Below are positions 63,192-64,000 of a DNA stretch of 64,000 nucleotides, one piece after another. The stretch is from Bradyrhizobiaceae bacterium (GTDB taxonomy: Bacteria; Pseudomonadota; Alphaproteobacteria; Rhizobiales; Xanthobacteraceae). The stretch is from NCBI GenBank assembly GCA_947479905.1, contig CANKBJ010000002.1:3437-67436 (forward strand). The letters run 5' to 3'. Position 1 is the first letter of the stretch. Each line of letters starts with the position of its first letter. The notes under the pieces are model-generated. The model saw only the letters and a list, made by a program, of their open reading frames with translations, did not search any database and had not been told where the DNA came from. Position numbers and translations under genes: made by a program.

Positions 63192-64000
63192 ATGATCCCA
63201 GGCGAGCAACCCGACCTATCCGCGCTGCCGCCGGAAACCTCGCCGGTGAAGCGGCGCCTGGCCGCGCAGCATGTGCGCGACGCGCGCGACCGGCTAACCT
63301 CGACCTCGGGCACCCGACCGCATTTCGACTACGAATTGCTGCGCCAATACGCGCAGAACCGGCTGTCCGCGTCGCTGGTGATCCTGCTGCTGGTCGCCAC
63401 CATCGGCTTCCTGTCGAGCCTGTGGACCGACGCGGTCGCGGCCGGCGCCTGGACCGCCTCGGTGCTGGTCATTCATGCCGTCATCATCACCAAGTGCCGG
63501 CAGTTTCTCGCCCAGCCGATGTCGACGATGTCGGCCAAAGCGTGGCGGCTGCGTTTCATCCTGCTCGACCTGTTCTACGGCCTGGCCTGGATGTTCATTC
63601 TGATCCATCCGGTCGGCACCGACGAGAGCTCCAACACCTTCATGCTGTTCGTGATGCTGCTGGTCGTCGCGGTGTCGAGCATGCTGGCGTCATCCCTGCC
63701 GATCGCCGCCTTCGCCGCGACCTTCCCGGTCACAGCCGCCATCGCGCTCGACTTCGCGCTGCAGGGCAACTTGCGCGCCTATATCCTCGCCATCATGGCG
63801 GTGTCGGCGCAGGGCTATTTCGCCGTGCTCGCGTACCGGCTCTATTCGACGACGTTGGCGACTTTGGAAGCGCGCGCCGAAAAGGACGTTCTGATCGTTG
63901 AACTCGAACAGGCCAAGATGATTTCGGATGAAGCGCGCCAGCGCGCCGAGGCCGCCAATATTTCCAAATCGCGCTTTCTGGCGCAGATGAGTCACGAATT
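63192..64000 (+). CDS. Membrane histidine kinase of the PleC/DivJ (PdhS) group, 3'-truncated; missing from the ORF track
   Basis: Open frame MIPGEQPDL..., multiple TM segments, ends at the H-box AEAANISKSRFLAQMSHE. Confidence 0.88.
   Translation, partial: MIPGEQPDLSALPPETSPVKRRLAAQHVRDARDRLTSTSGTRPHFDYELLRQYAQNRLSASLVILLLVATIGFLSSLWTDAVAAGAWTASVLVIHAVIITKCRQFLAQPMSTMSAKAWRLRFILLDLFYGLAWMFILIHPVGTDESSNTFMLFVMLLVVAVSSMLASSLPIAAFAATFPVTAAIALDFALQGNLRAYILAIMAVSAQGYFAVLAYRLYSTTLATLEARAEKDVLIVELEQAKMISDEARQRAEAANISKSRFLAQMSHE

Noticed and set aside
63155-63901. 248-aa ORF listed at the window end
   Set aside because: Wrong frame; the real gene is the kinase starting at 63192 that runs off the window

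Overview
GC-rich chromosomal segment of a Hyphomicrobiales (Rhizobiales) alphaproteobacterium, judged from gene content and order. It is mostly core or housekeeping genes: ku-ligD NHEJ, the acpXL-lpxXL very-long-chain fatty acid/lipid A cluster, kup, motAB, mmsA, psd-pssA, atm1, cysS-cimA, a homogentisate catabolic cluster, nadE, class II DAHP synthase, gor, rpiA, moaA, a TRAP system, apbC and a truncated PleC/DivJ-family kinase. I saw no rRNA, tRNA, CRISPR array, prophage or transposase. The most interesting signals are non-coding or very small. (1) A ~520-nt, densely base-paired intergenic element at ~60820-61345 with its own sigma70-like promoter, a candidate large ncRNA. (2) A palindromic element inserted at the 5' end of cimA, flanked by two synonymously recoded copies of the cimA N-terminus. 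(3) A Cys-rich uORF ending in RAPP whose stop-codon region can pair with the Shine-Dalgarno sequence of a downstream copper chaperone. (4) A probably leaderless Ile/Cys leader peptide before the cysS...cimA operon. (5) An in-frame TAG splitting ligD. (6) Six REP/MITE-like palindromic elements in three families. All family assignments come from motif recognition by eye; no database search was run.
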